Part shown: in pieces, positions 1-12,877 of the stretch
Numbering within the stretch: the stretch's first letter is position 1
How the letters are laid out: each line of letters starts with the position of its first letter
NCBI GenBank assembly: GCA_030390025.1
Contig: CM059431.1
Location: forward strand, 109,804,001-109,868,000
Direction: 5' to 3'
DNA length: 64,000 bases
From: Squalus acanthias
Taxonomy: Eukaryota
Notes under the pieces: model-generated
Database searches by the model: none
The model's input: the letters and a program-made list of their open reading frames with translations, nothing else
What the model was told of the DNA's origin: nothing
Program-made: the position numbers and the translations under genes

Positions 1-140
1 TCTGCACCTGCTTAAAATCTGTTGCATTGCTAGCCTTTTCCAGTTCTGATGAAGGGTCCCAGACCTGAAACGTTAACTCTGTTTCTCTCTCCACGGATGC
101 TGCCTGGCCTGCTGAGTGCTGCCAGCATTTTCTGTTGTTA
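1..140 (+). mobile_element. Penelope-like element 3' end / pLTR fragment
   Basis: Nearly identical to the reverse complement of about 60110-60246, which lies downstream of a GIY-YIG ORF; contains a hammerhead motif. Confidence 0.85.
42..78 (+). ncRNA. Minimal type I hammerhead ribozyme motif (Penelope-associated)
   Basis: agtt-CTGATGA-a-gggtc(cca)gacct-GAAA-cg-TT-aact: intact core, stem I agtt/aact, 5-bp stem II, palindromic AACGTT in place of stem III. Confidence 0.75.
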
Positions 141-440
141 CCTATGATTATATTATTAGGAACTCAAATCAATTAGAAGCACACATCAATTCAGTTCACA
201 AATTTGATATTCAATCTTATATCTTATGTAACCCATAAACTCAGCTGCTGAGGTACTCGAAGAGCTCATCGGTTGACTGGCCCAATAAAATGTACCCAAA
301 GCTATTCACAAAATTGCAAAATAGGTTTTGAGGAAGAAGGCTCTTCAGCCCATTTGATACCATCCTTTGAAGACTAAACCTATTGGCTTCCTATGAATCC
401 AGGCTGCAATACCTTTTTTCTCCATTACATTACAACAATC

Positions 441-547
441 CTACATTACAACAGTGACTACACTTCAAAAGTACTTCATTGGCTGTAAAGCACTTTGGGA
501 CGCTCTGAAGTCATGAAAGGCGCTGTAGGAATGCAAGTCTTTCTTTC
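441..547 (+). mobile_element. 3' tail of SacSINE1/DeuSINE-like SINE
   Basis: Matches the 3' end of the full copy at 2414-2877, ending gcaagtctttcttt. Confidence 0.8.
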
Positions 548-662
548 ACAAAAATCGTCTCAGGCAAAATTTCAACATTTTGTTAAACAGAACAATGAAT
601 AGGGCGATTCTAGGTTAACAACAGTTGGTGATTGAGAGTATATTTCATTGATTATAGACAAT

Positions 663-1886
663 GGCCCGTAATTTGCGGTCAGCGGTGAAGCAAAGGCGTT
701 CGCCACTGGCCCCGAAGTAAGCTTCCCACAAGGATCTTGCGATCTCTGCGACGAGAAGTTCGGCTTTTCCGACGTGCAGCTGAGATCAGCGCAAGTTAAT
801 GGGGAATCCCTGACGCCAGCTGCTGTGACCGCAACAAGCTGTCCAAGCAGCCAATCACAATGCAGAATTCTCACAGACAGCGAACCAGGAAGTGGGTAAG
901 CTCCTTTGATTCTAACTTTTAAAAAATGTTAGAGAGAGCAAAAACAAAGATTGGGGGCTCTCGCATTGGGGAAAAGGCAATGCTGAAATAAAGATGGACA
1001 AACTTCTAAAAAAAAATTTAAATTAGTTTTTCAGGGCCATAACCTTTGTTGAGCAGTCAATATGCTGTTAAAACCCCAGTTACACCTAATCCAAAAGGGT
1101 TTAACTTTTAATGGGGTATTTAACAGCGATATTACCGTGGAAGAGCTGATGTTTCCATCTGTGCAGTCTGTGGAGGAGCAGTGAATGACAGACCGCAACT
1201 TCAGGATACCTGCGTTAGGCTGCACATGTGCTAAATCACATAGAAACATAGATGACAGGAGCAGGAGTAGGCCATTCGGCCCCTCGAGCCTGCTCCGCCA
1301 TTCGATGAGATCATGGCTGATCATCCAAACTCAGTACCCTGTACCTGCCTTCTCCCCATATCCCTTGATACCTTTAGCTTTAAGAAATATATCTAACTCA
1401 TTCTTGAATATATTTAATGACTTGGCCTCAACTACCTTCTGTGGTAGAGAATTCCACAGGTTCACCACTCTCTGGGTGAAGAAATTCTTCCTCATTTCTG
1501 TCCTAAATGGCTTACCCCCTATCCGTAGATTATGACCCCTGGTTCTGGACTCACCGACCATCGGGAACATTCTTCCTGCATCTAGTTTGTCCAGACCTGT
1601 CAGAATTTTAGATGTTTCGATGAGATCCCCTCTCATTCTTCTATACTCCAGCGAGTATAAGCCCAATTGACCCAATCTCTCCACATATGTCATTCCTGCC
1701 ATCCCAGGTATCAGCCTTGTGAATCTTCGCTGAACTCCTTCCATGGCAAGAACATCCTTCCTCAGATAAGGCGACCAAAACTGCACACAATACTCAAGGT
1801 GTATCCTGAAGTTGCGGTCAGTTTCAAAGGCGAAATGACGGCGAACGCTGCCGGTTTGCCGTCATCAGGACCGCAGGTTCCAGGCC
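663..1886. mobile_element. Harbinger-type MITE interrupted by a CR1 fragment
   Basis: Imperfect TIRs ggcccgtaatttgcggtc / gaccgcaggttccaggcc; 3-bp TSD AAT (660-662, 1887-1889); internal inverted repeat gaccgcaacttcaggata / tatcctgaagttgcggtc. Confidence 0.7.
1238..1800 (-). mobile_element. CR1 LINE 3' fragment (ORF2 C-terminus + tail)
   Basis: ORF 1331-1786 QFWSPYLRKD...VQRRFTRLIPG...RRMRGDLIE...FFTQRVVNLWNSLP, a CR1 ORF2 C-terminus, followed by a microsatellite tail. Confidence 0.9.
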
Positions 1887-2413
1887 AATGTTACTCAATG
1901 CTAGCAGACATATCTGATCAGCATCAAGCCTCAAAAAGAAAGTCAGTAAACTTAGTTCTTAGCGAAAATCTACCAACACCAAGGAAAAGGATTGTGAACC
2001 AATTCTTCAAAAATATTGTGGAGAAGAGTAATCAAGAACATCATACCATCTGTAAGCAAATGCTGCAGAGCATTTTGCTTGCACCCTATTTACTGTTTTA
2101 AGGAATAGGATCAGAAGCTATCCTGGAGAAAATACCTGAATAAGATATTGCATGTATATCACAGTGCGAACTCAACAAGCTTTGCACTTACCAAAGTCAC
2201 ACTGGGCCGACTTCATAGGATTTTCTGAGGAAACAAATTACAACTGGATTTGGATAGATTGGGGAAATGGGCCTGATAATGGCAATATGGATAAGCATGC
2301 AGTTATGCTCACAGAATTTAGGTATAGAATACAATGTAAATGGCTGTGGGTTAAGGGTGACAGGAAGGGACAGAGGCTTGGGAGTGGTCATTAACTGCTC
2401 CCGTCAAGGATAA

Positions 2414-2877
2414 TGTCAGCCGGTTGCTCAGTTGATAGCACCCTCGCCTCTGAGTTAGAAGGTTGTGGGTTCAAGTCCCACTCTAGAGACTTGAGCGCAA
2501 AAATCTAGGCTGACACTCCAGTGCATTTTTGAGGGAGGGTTGCACTGTTGGAGGTGCCGTCTTTCAGATGAGATATTAAACCGAGGCCCCGTCGGCTCTC
2601 TCAAGTGGATGTAAAAGATCCCATGCCACTATTTCGAAGAAGAGCAGGGAAGTTATCCCCAGTGTCCTGGCCAACATTTATCCCTCATTTAACAGAACAA
2701 AAAACAGAGTATCTGGTCAATATTACATTGCTGTTTATGGGAGCACAAATTGGCTGCCGTGTTTCCTACATTATAACAGTGACTACACTTTAAAAAGTAC
2801 TTCATTGGGTGTAAAGCGCTTTGGGACATCCGGTGGTCATGAAAGGCGCTATATAAATGCAAGTCTTTCTTTCTTTC
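2414..2877 (+). mobile_element. tRNA-derived SINE with Deu-type central domain (SacSINE1-like), full length
   Basis: A/B boxes (ggttcaagtccc), core ggaggtgccgtctttc...aaaagatcccatg shared with AmnSINE1/DeuSINEs (recalled), (tttc)n tail. Confidence 0.85.
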
Positions 2878-3859
2878 TATAATCTCCAGCCTAAGTGCTT
2901 TCAGCTATGGAGATATACTCTGTGCCTTGGGTTTGGATCTGCTGAAGAGGAATAAACAGAGGGATCGGATTCCAGTCTTAGGGGCGTCAATGACATACAA
3001 GAGGATAGATTGTCTGAGGTGATGGGACCAGGTAGAACTAGGGACCATCCATTTAAATTGAGAAAGCAAGGGGTGAGGTTGGATGTGCGGAAGATGTATT
3101 TTTCTCAAAGGATGATCAACCTGTGGAACAGCAACAGTGGTAAGGAGGACTGACTCTGTACTCCGTCAAGAAAGTGCTAAATTCCAATTTGGACAACTAC
3201 ATGATCAGGGAGGAAGGTAAGTAGGATTTGGGATAATAACCAATTGATGGGGCCTCTTGATCACCTTTGAGGGGTCAGACAGGATTTTTTGACAAGAGAG
3301 GTCCTGAAATGTTCTTTTACTTCTCCCAAGAAGTAGGTGGTGGGGCTAAAGGTTGGGAACGTGGGGATGAGTCCTATGAAACTGATTGCCTTTTCTCATC
3401 CTGAATACATACCACAGCATCGGTTTTCCAAGAAGGGAGTGTGAGGTAATCTAGTCCTACTTTCTACTTAATTTGGGAAGGGGACTTGAGTATGCAGGAT
3501 AGTCAGGACTTGTAATTGGTCATCCTTATCCCTGGAACAAAATCACCTAAGATATATATAGGAGTTAATGCTAAGGTTACATTATTTTGAACTTTTTTCT
3601 GTACAGTTATCTATATATGAGTTGTAATTTGATCTCTTTTTATTTCACTCCCATAGTTTCTATGAGAAAGTACAGAGCTACACTGGATTGCCTGGGGGTC
3701 TTTTGCAATGAACTGTGAAGAAACACAAGGGAGCAAAGACAGATGAAGTGGAAAAACACAGGGATAATAAAAGTCTATTGAAAAATGCAGTGTGAAGAGT
3801 CAGAAGTTTTGCAGCAAAGATAATGCGTTTTTGAGAGAGATCTGTAATGAATTTCCCTT

Positions 3860-4690
3860 TCGGCCCCCCACACCCTCACCTCAAACCAAGAGGAACACAT
3901 GGATTTCTTTGTCTCTAAGATGGAGACTACTTATGAAGCTACATCTGCTGTTTCCTCACCTTCTTCTCACTCCAGCCCCACCACCCCTTCACATCCTCTC
4001 CAGTCTGCTACCCACTCTAGTATTAAGTCCTTGTCTTTTCGCAGTTTCTCCCTTATCTCTCTCCTACCCTCTTCAAGCTCATTGTCCATCAGACCACCTC
4101 ATGCCTCCACGATTCCCTCTCCACTCAACTCATGACCACTCAACTCCCTTTCATGGCCCGCATGCTAGCTGACATCGTCAAGACTTCCCTTTCCCCAGCT
4201 AACATCCCTCTCCCCATCAAAACTGGCATCATCACCCCTCCTCAAAAAAAAATCCTTGTCCTCTCCAATTACCACCCCATCTCCAACCTCCTTTTCCTCT
4301 CCAAGGTCCTTGGGCATTTCATCACTTCCCAGCTCTGTGCCCATTTCTTCCAAAGCTCAGTTCAAACTCACATCACCAAAATAGCCTTAGTTAAACTCGC
4401 AAATTAAATTTTCTGTGATTTGTAGTGCATTATCCATCCTTGTCCTCTACGACATTTCTGCAACATTGGACCATACCATTCCCTTTCAATGCCTCTCCTC
4501 CATCATTCAGGTTAACAGGACTGCCCTTGCATGGTTTCATTACCTATCTGAACACAACTAATACATCACCAGAAATGGTTTCTCTTCCCTGCCCTATGCT
4601 GTCACCCCAGAGTGCCTCAAAGATCTATATTGGATGGCTCATTCTCCTTTTCAATGTTTCTTCACTTTGGCAACATCATCCAAAATCTGT
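3860..4690 (+). mobile_element. Decayed L2-like LINE RT fragment
   Basis: Translates to LSNYHPISNLLFLSKVL and neighbouring L2 RT-like motifs, with frameshifts; pyrimidine-rich. Confidence 0.7.
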
Positions 4691-5407
4691 CGTAACATTA
4701 CTGAAACTAATTAGTAAAATATAATAGAGATACTAAATGGCTGTGTTTTTTTATTATGGGTTTTTGGATCACTTCAGTGTAGGGAATGTCCTTTACCAGG
4801 GTGCACAAAACAGTGGATGAGATCAAAATTTCCTCCGTCAAACATCGGTCTAGATTTCCAGTCCGCACCCATTGATTTTGCGCCTGATCTGGAGTGAGCA
4901 GAGGGTGGAAAATTGCTCAGGGATGCGCTACGACATGAGGGTGTGTCTCCTTCCAATTTCCCAGTGACCGGGTCCAGCAGCAAAACGCGCACCAACACAT
5001 ACGTGGACAGTTGTGTATCAAATATATGCAAATTAGGGAGCTATGTCCTCCAAGGCATTTCCTGCAACTTGCACCATTAGAATGTTGGACACAAAGGACA
5101 CCTGTTATGTCCTGATGCCCAATGTTCATGAGGTCAGTTCAGGGCCGAAGAAGTGATTCCGTGCACCATGACCTTTGCGGGCACTCGCAGAGTATTACCT
5201 TGCGGAAAGTTTAAAACTTTGTCACCATTTCACCGGTAGCTGAGAGGCAACTACCATCAGCCCCCAATTCAGTGCAATGCCCTGACAGAGGCAAGCGAAA
5301 CCATCTCCAAAATGTTAATGACCCCCAAGAATAGAAGATCATCTCCATGGTGGGCACCTTACTGGAGATGTACCCCAATCAAAGAGGACCAGAAAGTATA
5401 GACTATA

Positions 5408-6296
5408 GGGGGAAAAATTCAGTATCGCCCCATTTGGGGCGCAATTATCGGCTGGGTGCAAAGATTAGTGCCTGGCGCTAATTATCGCTTCCGACTGCAA
5501 ACTTGGCTTTTATCGCCCCTGGAGGTGATTGGAGCGCTAAATCAGGCGCTACACACCTCTCTTAAGGCGCAAAAGCCGAGGAGCGAGGTGCCACCTCAGA
5601 GCGCTGGCGAAGCTCATGTGATGTCAGTCATCAATTGAACACAGACACAATGGCGCCGGCCAGTTCTTAAAGGGGAGGGTTGATCTTGCTCTCCATCCAC
5701 ATCTTGCTCATTGCAGCCTTGAATCTCGGCCTGGAGAGACCTGTACATCAAATCTGCTGGAAAGAACAATGGAGAGGCCCAGGGAAAGAGCTCAGAGTGC
5801 AGCCCCCACAGTCTCTTCTAAATCGATACAAGGAAGGGCAAATCAAAATGAACCTGCAAAGTGCTGCTCAGTACCCAAAACTCCTTCACACAGCGTTGAA
5901 TCTCTCCAGAAGTCTCTCTCTCTCTCTCTCTCAGAATGCGTGGTGCAAAAATGTCACCAACGAAAAAAGGCAGGAAGCATTTGCCTTTAAATAGCGCTCC
6001 CCCAGTCCCTTCCTGACTGCAAACCGCTCCCCTCAACATGTCGTTGCTAGCGGCAGGCGGTAAGCCTGGGGGCGCCACTCAATATCCGGTCCGGCGCACT
6101 ACCAGGGCGTTGCACACTCGACTGACGTCACGATCTGCAGGAGATCGTGGCGGTAGTGTTTAGCGTCGCCGCAAAATGTCTAGTTAATTTCATGAGCAGC
6201 GCAAACATCGCCGCGCACGGGCGCTAGTTGCTTTGCGCCCCATTAGCGCCCTCTTAAGGTGCTAACAGGAGGCGCAACCAACTGAATTTTTCCCCC
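5408..6296 (+). mobile_element. Harbinger-type MITE (family A)
   Basis: Perfect 16-bp TIR gggggaaaaattcagt / actgaatttttccccc; TSD ATA; homologous to 42109-43001. Confidence 0.9.
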
Positions 6297-7261
6297 ATAG
6301 AGTCTTAACAGCACTATGTACATGAAATTCTTTACTTACTATAACAGAGGTTGCAAAAGCCACAGTGTACTTTGCTTTTATACAAGGTTCATAATGTTCC
6401 TGGCAGATCTCTCCACCTTTCGCTCCATAGTCACTGTCTAAGCAGAACAGTTGATTGTAGGGTTGGGGTAAACTGTATTCGTTACTATGATGTTTCCTCT
6501 GCAAACATTTTACATTTTTTTTTAATAGCCACATACTGTTTCTTTCAGTGTTTTTATGGATCTGGCAGTCAAGTGAGAGCAAATATACTTTAGTGTGTGA
6601 ATTGCCGTGCGACTCATTCAAAACTACAAACTTTTTCTTTACCTCAAATCGCAATTTAAAGCTCTCAGGTCTCATCTTTTTATTCAATCAGGTCCGCCAC
6701 AGTCTATTCTTGTTATTTTTTTTCCACGTAAGATCAATGGAAAGCAACACTAAAATCGGAGCTTATCAAATAATCAACTTGTGCATTACGTAAATCATGC
6801 TGCTTTTTCCCACGATACAACGAGCAGAAATCATGAATAAATGTCATCAAAACATCAATGTGAAGGCATCATGTCATCAGTTATATAGTGCGGAATATAT
6901 TTGCATGTTACAACCTAAGACTACCAATTACGTAATTATCCCAGAGTGACGGCAATCTTACTTCAGGGCAACGCTGCCCGGCCCTAAAATCATTTCAACT
7001 TAAACATGAGTTAAAACAGATGTAAATCTGCAGGCGCATTGGTTAATAACTGGGGTACAAGGCAGAACATAAGCCTCCCACGTTAATTTATCTTGGATAT
7101 GTTCTAATGATGACAGCCATATATTCCTGGCAACAGATTATCGGTTACCTGATTTCATATGGATATCGCAGTTTCCATTTAACAGGACTGTGTATCACCT
7201 TCATCTTCTTGATAAGTAATATGGACCTACCCAATCAGCAATCTACCAATAACCTGTTATC

Positions 7262-7401
7262 ACTGTAAAGTTGTGTTGTTTCGCAAACTGGCTGGAGTTC
7301 TGGATATAGGCTTACATGTACTGATCAAGGCCAATTGATCAGTACATGTAAGCCTATATCCAGAACTCCAGCCAGTTTGCAAAACAACACAACTTTACAG
7401 T
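7262..7401. repeat. 140-bp near-perfect palindrome (67-bp arms, 6-nt loop)
   Basis: 7262-7328 is the reverse complement of 7335-7401 with one mismatch (C7282/A7381); loop ggccaa. Confidence 0.95.
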
Positions 7402-7967
7402 TATCTCCATGTGCTTTGTGACAGGCACAAGTTCCTATGGGCAGGGAACATCAATGTTGGAAGCGCCTGTCTCAAAAAGGTGGGGAGTTTAAACATTAAC
7501 TTGTGTGGGGGGAGGGGGGGGGGGGGGGGTTGGAAGCACGGAGACATCTTCCACACCATTTCTCAACCATCTGGAGCACGGGATGTCAGTTTCAAACGAC
7601 TCCCACGTAAAATGGGTGCCCAGGGTTGTCAGTGGATCAGCTGCGAGTGTAGTTGATTTGAAGGACAATGGAAAAGATAATCGGGTACAGGTAAACTTAG
7701 AGAAGATATTTCTCCCTTTTCTCAAAAAAATGATACAGCAAAAATCCAGAATATTAAATTTATAGCCCACGCTTACAACTTTGATTAGCCTATTCCACAG
7801 GGGACCCATTCAGCAGAGCATGATTCATCATACTCCACAGAATATTGGATAGTCTTTGTCTGTCCTTAACTGTAAAATTTGTAATGCTATTCTTAAGCAG
7901 ACACTTAAGAAGGCATTCTCTAAAGGAGTTAATTGTTACAGCATGTAACTGTTTCTGCTGAGAATCT

Positions 7968-9170
7968 ACATAGGATTACATAGAATATACAGCACAGAAA
8001 CAGGCCATTCGGCCCAACCAGTCCATGCCAGCGTTTATGCTCCACTCGAGCCTCCTCCCGTCTTTCCTCATCTAATTCTATCAGCATAACCCTCTAGTCC
8101 CTTCTCCCTCACATGCTTATCTAACCTCCCCTTAAATGCAACTATACTATTTGCTTCAACCACTCCCTGTGATAGCAAGTTCCACATTCTCACCACTCTC
8201 TGGGTAAAGAAGTTTCTTCTGAATTCCTTATTTGATTTCTTGGTGACTATCTTATATTGATGGCCTCTAGTTGTGCTCTTCGCCACAAATGGAAACACTC
8301 TCTCTGTATCCACTCCATCAAAACCTTTCATAATTTTAAAGACCTATATTAAAGAAAGAGACCCAGCCTGTTCATCCTTTCCTGATATGTATACCCTTGC
8401 ATTTCTGGTATTATCCTTGTAAATCTTCTCTGTACCCTCTCCAGTGCCTCTATATCCTTTTTATAATATGGAGAGCAGAATTGTACACAGTATGGTCTAA
8501 CCAGGGTTTGATATAAGTTTAGCATAACTTCTCTACTTTTCAATTCTATACCTCTAGAAATATACCCTAGTGCTTGGTTTGCTTTTTTATAGCCTTGTTA
8601 ACCTTTGTCACTACTTTTAGTGATTTGTGTATTTGTACTCTGAGATCCCTTGGCTCCTCTACCCCACCCAGACTCGCACCCTCCAAGTGATAAGTGACCT
8701 CCCTATTCATCCTACCAAAATGTAATACCTCACATTTATCTGTGTTGAAATTCATTTGCCAATTATATGCCCATTCTGCAAGTTTATTAATGTCCTCCTG
8801 TAATTTGTTGCAGTCCTCCTCCTCAGTATTGACTAACCCCCCCCCCCAATTTGGTGTCATCCGCAAATTTAGAAATTATGTTTTTGATTCCAAAGTCTAA
8901 ATCGTTAATATAAATTGTGAACAACAGTGGTCCCAGCACTGATCCTTGTGGAATACCAATTCCCACCTTCTGCCACTCTTTACCCCTACTCTCTGCTTTC
9001 TGTCTTGAAGCCAGCTAGCTATCCATTCTGCTACTTGTCCCCTGGCTCTGTATCCTCTGACCTTATTCATTAGTTTATTATGTGGTACCTTATCGAAGGC
9101 CTTTTGAAATCTAGATAAATTACATCTCCTACATTACCCTTGCCTACTCTCTCTGTTACCTCTTCAAAAA
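7968..9170 (-). mobile_element. CR1 LINE 3' fragment (RT domain to tail), frameshifted
   Basis: ORFs 8068-8331, 8349-8543, 8567-8866 are CR1 ORF2 pieces (WQMNFNTDKCEVLHFG; FFTQRVVRMWN). Confidence 0.9.
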
Positions 9171-9790
9171 ATTGCTGTTCCACATATCCAATGGAGAGAT
9201 AAGTCTATGAATCTCCAGTCTTGCTTGAGCCAGGTTAGTTTTGTACTTACCCTGAGCAGCCACCATAGATAGGCTTCTTACACTAAATGTGAGAGTAATA
9301 ACATGCCAGTATACAGAAAGCAGTAGGTGACAAATAAAAAAGAGGCTTACAAAACTACGATACCACAGCTGTAAAATAGTTACATCACCTGACAGGAGTG
9401 ACTTGTTGAAAAAGTAATACAGCTTTACTGGGTTATAAGGGTAGATTTTCCAAGTCCCCACCTGTAGCAAGGTACCTCAGACACTGCAAGCGCAAAATGG
9501 AAAATCGTAGGCCTACCACAATGTGCAAGGTACCTTGCTGCGGGCAAAATTCAGAAAATTAACCGTGGGGACCCGAATTTCTGGGCCCTTATAATTTACA
9601 GGGCATGCTACCACCATGTAACATGCAGTGAAATCAAATATAACTGCTGTTCAAAGCAAATCGCATAATAATGCTTCAGTTAAAATAATTCAAATCATGG
9701 GATCCTCCTGTCCGTTGCCTACCACATGACACCAGCCACTGGTAAAATAAAGTCTTGCCATAAGTAGAGTAAAACAGGTCCTACAAGCTT

Positions 9791-10325
9791 TTTTAATTCA
9801 TTTTTTTATGGGATGTGGGTGTCGCTGGCAAGGCCAGCATTTATTGCCCATCCCTAATTGCCCTTGAGAAGGTGGTGGTGAGCCACCTTCTTGAACCCTT
9901 GCAGTCCGTGTGGTGAAGGTGCCCCCACATTGCTGTTAGGGAGTGAGTTCCAGGATTTTGACCCAGCGACGATGGGTCAGGATGGTGTGTGACTTGGAGG
10001 GGAACTTGGAGGTAGTGGAGTTCCCATGCGTCTGCTGCCCTTGTCCTTCTAGGTGGAAGAGGTCGCGAGTTTGGGAGGTGCTGCCGAAGAAGCCTTGGCG
10101 AGTTGCTGCAGTGCATCTTGTAGACGGTACACACTGCAGCCACGGTACGCCGGTGGTGGAGGGAGTGAATGTTTAAGGTGGTGGATGGGGTGCCAATCAA
10201 GCGGGCTGCTTTGTCCTGGATGGCGTCGAGCTTCTTGAGTGTTGTTGGAGCTGCACTCATCCAGGCAAGTGGAGAGTATTCCATCACACTCCTTACTTGT
10301 GCCTTGTAGATGGTGGAAAGGCTTC
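9791..10325 (-). mobile_element. 3' fragment of the tRNA-headed LINE family (see 36588-39551)
   Basis: MEYSPLAWMSAAPTTLKKLD matches the RT C-terminus at 36588-36800; 3' UTR ends in an A-rich tail. Confidence 0.9.
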
Positions 10326-11052
10326 ACTCATATTGTCTTAGTCAGGTAACTTACATAGCATTATTGCAATTAAATTACATTCAGCTAAACCTAGAGTGTC
10401 TGGGGATGTAGATGAGGATGCAGCATACAAGGAATTAGACCCAGTTAAAGCATTTATTGAGGATGGTATTTCTCACTTACCACATCAGTTTGCAACAATG
10501 AGATTTGTTAAACATGTTCCAGAGCAGAAACTGGGTTACACGCTATCATGGCTTCATTCACGGGAGACCAACAGAGAGTGCTGCTGGGAAAGTTCACACC
10601 TTGGAGGGCAGCAGCCAGTTTGATTGGCAGCTCAACTGACCAATCCGTGGGCACAGAGTTCAAGATTTTGGCTCCCTGACCAGTTAAGAAAGGACACAAT
10701 AAAAACATACATAAGGGTCAATCTGTAAGATCTGTTAAGGAAGCCAGATCTAAAGAAGGTTCTTTCCTGAAGCACAGCGCCAACTAGATTCAGTGAGAAT
10801 GCTAGTCATAAAAATTACATTTAGCCCACTAAAAGGAACAGTGTGGTGTGTCTTGTTATTTTCTATGTCGCAAAGAGTATTGCAAAATACGTTGTAATTC
10901 ACTGTAATTGTTACTCTATTCATTCCAATATTATAAATAAAATATGTCAGCTTATTGATTTATATTTGGCGTCGTCTCACTAAGTTGTTAATTAGTCTAT
11001 TTTTGTGCAGATAGGAGAAATGCCCGGATTCACTGTATCCAATTCAGATAAC

Positions 11053-11526
11053 AGAAAGAAAAGAAAGACTTGCATTTATATAATGCCCTTCATGACCTCA
11101 GGACATTCAAAGCGCTTTACAGCCAATGAAGTACTTTTTGAAGTGTAGTCACTGTTGTAATATAGGAAATGCGGCGGCCAAATTGCGCACAGCAAGCTCC
11201 CACAAACAGCAATGTTAGAATGACCAGATAATCTGTTTTTAGTGATGCTGATTGAGGGATAAATATTGGCCAAAACACCGGGGATAACTCCCCTGCTCTT
11301 CCTCAAAATAGTGCCATGGGACCTTTTACATCCACCTGAGAGGGCAGACGACAGCTCGGTTTAACGTCTCATCCAAAAAACGGCACATCCGACGGTGCAG
11401 CACTCCCTCAGTACTGCACGGGGGTGTCAGCCTAGATGCGTGGGCTCAAGTCTCTGGAGTAGGACATCAACCCGCAACCTTCTGACTCAAAGGCGAGAGT
11501 GCTACCCACTGTGCCACGGCTGACAC
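11053..11526 (-). mobile_element. SacSINE1/DeuSINE-like SINE, full length
   Basis: Reverse complement of the 2414-2877 family. Confidence 0.85.
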
Positions 11527-12877
11527 AGAATTTCATTGTTACGAGCCCCCAGTTTCATGTTGACATATGACCAGATTATGGTCCCCGTAAGGGACATTGG
11601 CTCTGCTCAAGGAAGAGTCTGGTGATGCTGAACTCAAAAGAATATCTACCCAAAATCTGCAATATGCATTTTATTATGATACAAGTTGGTGTTTCAAGAA
11701 TATAGCAGACTTCTGGGTTCAGAAGATACTGGTCTCAAAATTATTTGCCATTTTTGGCGTTTGTGAGGCACAGAATTGGTGCTTCCTCATTTTCAGGCCT
11801 ACAAATTGGAGTGGTAGCCATTTCCACCAGTTTTCCACCCCAAACTTGATGCGCCTGAGTTCCTCGTGGCTTGTTCGGCCCTCCCCTTGATCTGAATGTC
11901 AAGTCCCCAGGGAGATTATTAACATAAATTACAATGAGGGCTAGTGGGGCTGGCACGGCAAAATCCCACAGGTTTTGCTCACAACTTTCATGAGTAATTT
12001 AGACCGATATAAATAAAGTGTATTTCAGCCTTCACTGGGAAGGTGGCACATCTTCACTAACTCCTTATTCGTCCAACTCCCTCATGCTCTGTGAATCACC
12101 CACTGCCACATACTCACTGACTTTATCTGAAACACCCTGCACTCCCACCCCCACCTCCCCAGGTGAAATTATCCGAATGGGTGGGTGGAAGTGAGAAAGC
12201 AAATGATCCAGGGGTGGGTGAGATCAAGGAGATTGTGGCAGAGGAACATGGGGTCAGATCTTGCTCCAGGGACTTCTGCCAGGGCTTGTCCCTCAATATC
12301 CTCTCTCTCATCATTACCCTCCCATCATCACTGTCATCTGCATCATCATCGTTGGCAAAGTTGAATTTCCTTCCCAATTCCTCATCATTCCCTGCCCTCC
12401 CCATTGCTGTGATGGATTGACAGGAAAAGAGGGTCCAAGCAAAGTAGGGATGAGCATACCTCCGCCACCTTGTGACTAAGGGGGCAAAGAAGAGTGTGGA
12501 AGCTTGTGCTGCTTGACAGGGATTCCATGACGACTGTATAAGTGTGAACCCACTAACCTGCTACTTGCCCTGTCCCCCCTATCTCACCATCTCCCACAAC
12601 TTGAGCAGCATTCCCTCCCAGCAGCTCCATGGCCTGGTCCTCAAGGGAGGGGTGGGGGGGTGGGGGAGAGCTTGCTGATGTCTGGAATTCCCCCTCTGAT
12701 CCCTTGCCTCTCACGGGCATTGTGGGTAAGTTTCTCCGACAAGATTGAGTTAGGCGAAGGCTAGCAATTGAGGGATGTCTCCTGGGTTAGATCAGGCAAC
12801 TGATGTTAATAGATATTTTTGTACCACCCTGTTAAGGTAATGAGTTGCAAAGTTCTGCATTCAAATAATTACTGTTA

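Noticed and set aside
2414..2490. tRNA genes at SINE and LINE heads
   Set aside because: A/B boxes run into repeat bodies rather than a full cloverleaf with terminator
5680..5994. Paralogous small ORFs at 5680-5994 and 42335-42868
   Set aside because: Both lie inside MITE family A; ORF ends differ between copies and no domain is recognisable
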